19,543 nt of DNA from Desulfurella sp. (GTDB lineage Bacteria > Campylobacterota_A > Desulfurellia > Desulfurellales > Desulfurellaceae). The first letter of the stretch is position 1. Each line of letters opens with the position of its first letter. The DNA is taken from NCBI GenBank assembly GCA_031960885.1, contig JAVRLY010000024.1, positions 1 through 19,543 on the forward strand. The letters run 5' to 3'. Made by a program: the position numbers and the translations under genes. Below, in pieces: positions 16,293-19,543 of the stretch. Under the pieces are notes generated by a model. The model saw nothing but the letters and a program-made list of their open reading frames with translations, searched no databases and had not been told where the DNA came from.

Positions 16293-18029
16293 ATGAAAAA
16301 AATTATAATGTCCGCCTTCTTGTTTTTAACGCTGGCAACAAATGCTCATGCTAGTATATACATTGTAAAGAAAGGTGACACTCTTACAACAATTGCACAA
16401 AAATTAGGCATCCCATTAGAAAAATTAAAAAATGCAAACCCAAATATTAAAAGCTCTGATTTAAGTATAGGGCAGAAAATACTCATTCCTTCTGAAAATA
16501 CTACCAAAATATCACAAAAATCATCTCCAAATATATCACAAGCAAAGATTTATATAGTTCAAAAAGGTGACAATGCTTATGATATAGCAAGGAAACTAGG
16601 ATGCAGCATAGATGAGCTAAAAAAAATAAATCCAAATCTCGACCTTTCTAACTTAAATATAGGCGATAGAATTGTCATACCCAATAATTCAAAATCTACT
16701 TTTAACACTCAAATGGCTAATATCTATATTGTCAAAAGCGGTGATACAGCTTCTACAATAGCTAATAAATACAACATTGCTTTATCTGAATTAGAAAGGC
16801 TAAATCCACAATTGAATTTGTCTAATATCAACATCGGCGATAAAATTATCTTACCAAAAAATTCTACTGTTGCACAAATAGCAAAGCAAAAGCAAATAAC
16901 TTCAAACGATTACTTATACAAGGTTGAACCTAATGATACGCTAAGCGCAATATCGGACAAAACTGGCATTACAATGAGTCAGATTAAAAGTTTGAACCCA
17001 AATGTTGATTGGTCAAACTTGCAAATTGGTGAAAAAATTATTTTGAAAGCAATACCTCAAAAAGAACCCACAGTATATAAAAATACTAATTTTACACAAG
17101 CTACAGATGAAAATAAAAACTTCATAAAGTACACAGTAATTTCTGGCGATACACTTTTTTCTATCGCAAAAGCTTTCTCTACAACAACTTCTAATTTAAA
17201 GAAAATAAATTCTCTATCAAGCAACAACCTTTCCATTGGTCAAACACTATTGGTTCCAACGAAAATTATGTCAACAAACACTCAAGAGCAGCTTGCGACA
17301 ACAAATAAAGATTTAAGTAATCAAGATGAAAATTCAACTTCTAAACCATCAAGCGAAAATCAAATTGTAACAAGTAGTTACAATGAAAACAATAATTACT
17401 CTTTATATTTGGATCATTACATTGTTCAAAAAGGTGATACACTTTATACGATAGCAAAGAAATTTGGCACAAGCGTAGATAGTATTGTATCTCTAAATAA
17501 CCTACCAAACAATGAAATCAATGTCGGTGAAACCTTATTAGTACCAAAAAATAACTCAAATATTGCAAATACTAATTTTTCAACAAATGAGTATTCATTG
17601 GTAAATAAAGAAAATACGCTAAATGAAAGACTAGTAAAATATGCTAAACTATTTATTGGTACACCTTATCAGTGGGGTGGCACTAATTTGTCAACAGGTG
17701 TAGACTGTTCTGGTTTTGTGCAAGATATCTTTGCAAAATTCCATATAGATTTACCTCGCACCAGTTCTGAACAATTTAATGTTGGAAAACCTGTATCGCT
17801 AGCAAATATCAAACCAGGCGATTTGCTTTTTTTTCAAACGTATAATGGGGCTTATCCTTCGCATGTAGGAATTTATATTGGAGACAATAAATTCATTTCT
17901 GCATTGAATAAAGATACTGGCGTTGTAATATCACCTCTAGATGGTTATTTTTTAAGTAGATTTGTAGGTGCAAGAAGAGTTTTACCGTCTAATGAAAAAT
18001 TTGATGATACTGGGAATAGACCCGGGTAG
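16293..18029 (+). CDS. Secreted peptidoglycan endopeptidase: six LysM domains plus NlpC/P60
   Basis: Signal peptide ending AHA. Six Y.V..[GN]D LysM repeats. GTPYQWGG, DCSGF and HVGIY motifs. Confidence 0.95.
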   Translation: MKKIIMSAFLFLTLATNAHASIYIVKKGDTLTTIAQKLGIPLEKLKNANPNIKSSDLSIGQKILIPSENTTKISQKSSPNISQAKIYIVQKGDNAYDIARKLGCSIDELKKINPNLDLSNLNIGDRIVIPNNSKSTFNTQMANIYIVKSGDTASTIANKYNIALSELERLNPQLNLSNINIGDKIILPKNSTVAQIAKQKQITSNDYLYKVEPNDTLSAISDKTGITMSQIKSLNPNVDWSNLQIGEKIILKAIPQKEPTVYKNTNFTQATDENKNFIKYTVISGDTLFSIAKAFSTTTSNLKKINSLSSNNLSIGQTLLVPTKIMSTNTQEQLATTNKDLSNQDENSTSKPSSENQIVTSSYNENNNYSLYLDHYIVQKGDTLYTIAKKFGTSVDSIVSLNNLPNNEINVGETLLVPKNNSNIANTNFSTNEYSLVNKENTLNERLVKYAKLFIGTPYQWGGTNLSTGVDCSGFVQDIFAKFHIDLPRTSSEQFNVGKPVSLANIKPGDLLFFQTYNGAYPSHVGIYIGDNKFISALNKDTGVVISPLDGYFLSRFVGARRVLPSNEKFDDTGNRPG

Positions 18030-18480
18030 TAAAGTTACTGCTTTTGGTATTGTAGATTGTCTAAATAAAATATGCCGCTACGATTTTATAAAACTTCAAA
18101 ATATCAATAACTTTGATGATAAATTGTGCATGGTATTTGAAAAAACACAAGAAATTATTAGAGATTATAATATAACAGAAGTTGCTGTTGAAGATGTATT
18201 TTATTCCGTAAATATAAAATCATCCCTTAAACTAAGTGAAATAAAGGGCGCAATATTAACAGCTGTAAAAGTCGCTCATATTAACATAGCACATTATTCG
18301 ACAAGAGAGGTTAAACAAGCAGTATCTGGGTACGGAGCAGCATCAAAGGCTCAACTTAAATTTATAATAGAAAAATTTTTCAATACAAAATTAGATAAGC
18401 TACCATTGGACGTGTCAGATGCCATTTCAATTGCTCTTGCGCATTGCAGCTACAAGCATACCGCAAGCCGCATTGATTGA
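18004..18480 (+). CDS. ruvC: Crossover junction endodeoxyribonuclease RuvC (start 18004 or 17992)
   Basis: ILGIDPG, VAVED, VKQAVSGYGAASKAQ and DVSDAISIA motifs. Confidence 0.95.
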   Translation: MILGIDPGSKVTAFGIVDCLNKICRYDFIKLQNINNFDDKLCMVFEKTQEIIRDYNITEVAVEDVFYSVNIKSSLKLSEIKGAILTAVKVAHINIAHYSTREVKQAVSGYGAASKAQLKFIIEKFFNTKLDKLPLDVSDAISIALAHCSYKHTASRID

Positions 18481-19467
18481 TTCACCTTTAGACTTTCTTA
18501 CCGTCACAAACATTTTTTTGTCCCTTAAACTTTGTGCAAAACGCTCTATGGTTTGATTGTCACTTGGATAGAAATTTCTACTATAATAATGTCTATTTAG
18601 AGGTATTAAATTTAGCTTGCATTTGATAGAGCCCAATAATTTAATTAAATTCCTTATGTCTTCTTGCGTATCATTAAAATCTTTAATCATAATATATTCA
18701 AATGTTAATCTTTTTCGCTCGGGTAAAGGAAAATTTTTAACAGATGTTATTAATTCTTCAATTGGATAGGTATTGTTTATGGGCATCAAAAAACTTCTCT
18801 TCAAATCGTCAGCTGCATTGAGCGAGATAGCAAGATTTATATACGCTAAATCTTTTTTTAGTCTTTCAATAGCAGGAACAACTCCACAGGTAGAAATTGT
18901 AATTCTACGCCTCGATATGTTTAAACCATACTCACTGTTTATTATCAAAATCGACTTTATTGTATTTTCATAATTATCAAGCGCCTCACCCATTCCCATA
19001 AATACAATATTTGGAAGTCTCTTGGTTGTTTTCTTAACGATATTGCAAATATGACTTACTTGATAAACAATCTCCCAAGTTTCTAGGTTTCTTGTAAATC
19101 CTAATTTACCTGTTGCGCAAAACTTACAGTTCATTTTACATCCAACTTGAGTAGATACACAAATCGTGTTTTTTCCATCTCTCATTGGTATTAAAACTGA
19201 TTCTATAGTGCAACCATCCAATAATTTAAATAAAAATTTTCTAGTACCATCGCTGTCATTTTTTACATTATATTCAAGCTTTGGTATTAAAAGTTTTTCA
19301 CTTAACATGTTTCTATCTGATTTTTTCAAAACACTGATATTAGAAAAATCGTCAACACCGTTTACATATATAAAATTGAACAATTGACTTGCTCTATACT
19401 TTGCTAAACCTAAAGTCATTACATATTCTTCAAGTTCAGAAAGTGTAAAATTAAAAAAGTTTTCCAT
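18427..19467 (-). CDS. rlmN: 23S rRNA (A2503-C2)/tRNA methyltransferase RlmN (radical SAM)
   Basis: ICVSTQVGCKMNCKFCATG, FMGMGE, ISLNA and AACG motifs. Confidence 0.96.
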   Translation of the reverse strand: MENFFNFTLSELEEYVMTLGLAKYRASQLFNFIYVNGVDDFSNISVLKKSDRNMLSEKLLIPKLEYNVKNDSDGTRKFLFKLLDGCTIESVLIPMRDGKNTICVSTQVGCKMNCKFCATGKLGFTRNLETWEIVYQVSHICNIVKKTTKRLPNIVFMGMGEALDNYENTIKSILIINSEYGLNISRRRITISTCGVVPAIERLKKDLAYINLAISLNAADDLKRSFLMPINNTYPIEELITSVKNFPLPERKRLTFEYIMIKDFNDTQEDIRNLIKLLGSIKCKLNLIPLNRHYYSRNFYPSDNQTIERFAQSLRDKKMFVTVRKSKGESINAACGMLVAAMRKSN

Positions 19468-19468
19468 T

Positions 19469-19543
19469 TTATTTTTTTATGCCCATTACAACTTCTATCT
19501 TTTCTTTTAAAACCTCAGGCGTGAAAGGTTTTACTATGTAATT
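19469..19543 (-). CDS. cheY: C-terminal end of chemotaxis response regulator CheY (partial; absent from the ORF track)
   Basis: Manual translation NYIVKPFTPEVLKEKIEVVMGIKK*, with the YIVKPF receiver motif. Stop lies 1 nt before the rlmN start. Confidence 0.8.
   Translation of the reverse strand, partial: NYIVKPFTPEVLKEKIEVVMGIKK

Noticed and set aside
16163..16354. 63-aa ORF upstream of the LysM gene
   Set aside because: Low-complexity F/I/Y translation of AT-rich promoter DNA, no SD, and it overlaps the true start.
17968..17991. Upstream GTG start for ruvC
   Set aside because: It gives a long overlap with the NlpC/P60 domain; RuvC homologues begin just before ILGIDPG.
18427..19467. Cfr-like resistance methyltransferase, prompted by MGMGEAL instead of MGMGEPL
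   Set aside because: The rest of the sequence and the housekeeping context behind cheY fit RlmN. One substitution is insufficient; a phylogeny would settle it.

Overview
AT-rich bacterial chromosomal window. Gene content and the CheY C-terminus suggest a Campylobacterota/Desulfurella-like organism (inference only). Left part: an acyl-CoA catabolic cluster (partial 3-hydroxybutyryl-CoA dehydrogenase, thiolase, etfA, etfB) divergent from a LiuR-like MerR regulator, a secreted chalcone-isomerase-fold protein and a thioesterase. Middle: mazG, a ferritin-like/VIT1 fusion and a three-gene minus-strand unit just downstream of tRNA-Pro(GGG). Right part: housekeeping genes (sppA, rpsA, PHP protein, BamB-like lipoprotein, ftsH, usp, LysM6-NlpC/P60, ruvC, rlmN, partial cheY). 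The standout is the tRNA-adjacent unit. It has a 105-aa DUF1874 (AcrIII-1/Crn2-like cA4 ring nuclease) gene with the known catalytic residues, hidden in a mis-started ORF, followed by a nicotinamidase and an EexN-like entry-exclusion lipoprotein. No CRISPR/cas, integrase or conjugation gene lies in the window. Also seen: an uncalled 47-aa Cys-containing ORF with its own promoter and RBS, two probable leaderless genes, a LiuR-type operator, and a CDS whose stop codon lies inside the tRNA. Family assignments come from motif recognition by eye; no database searches were run.
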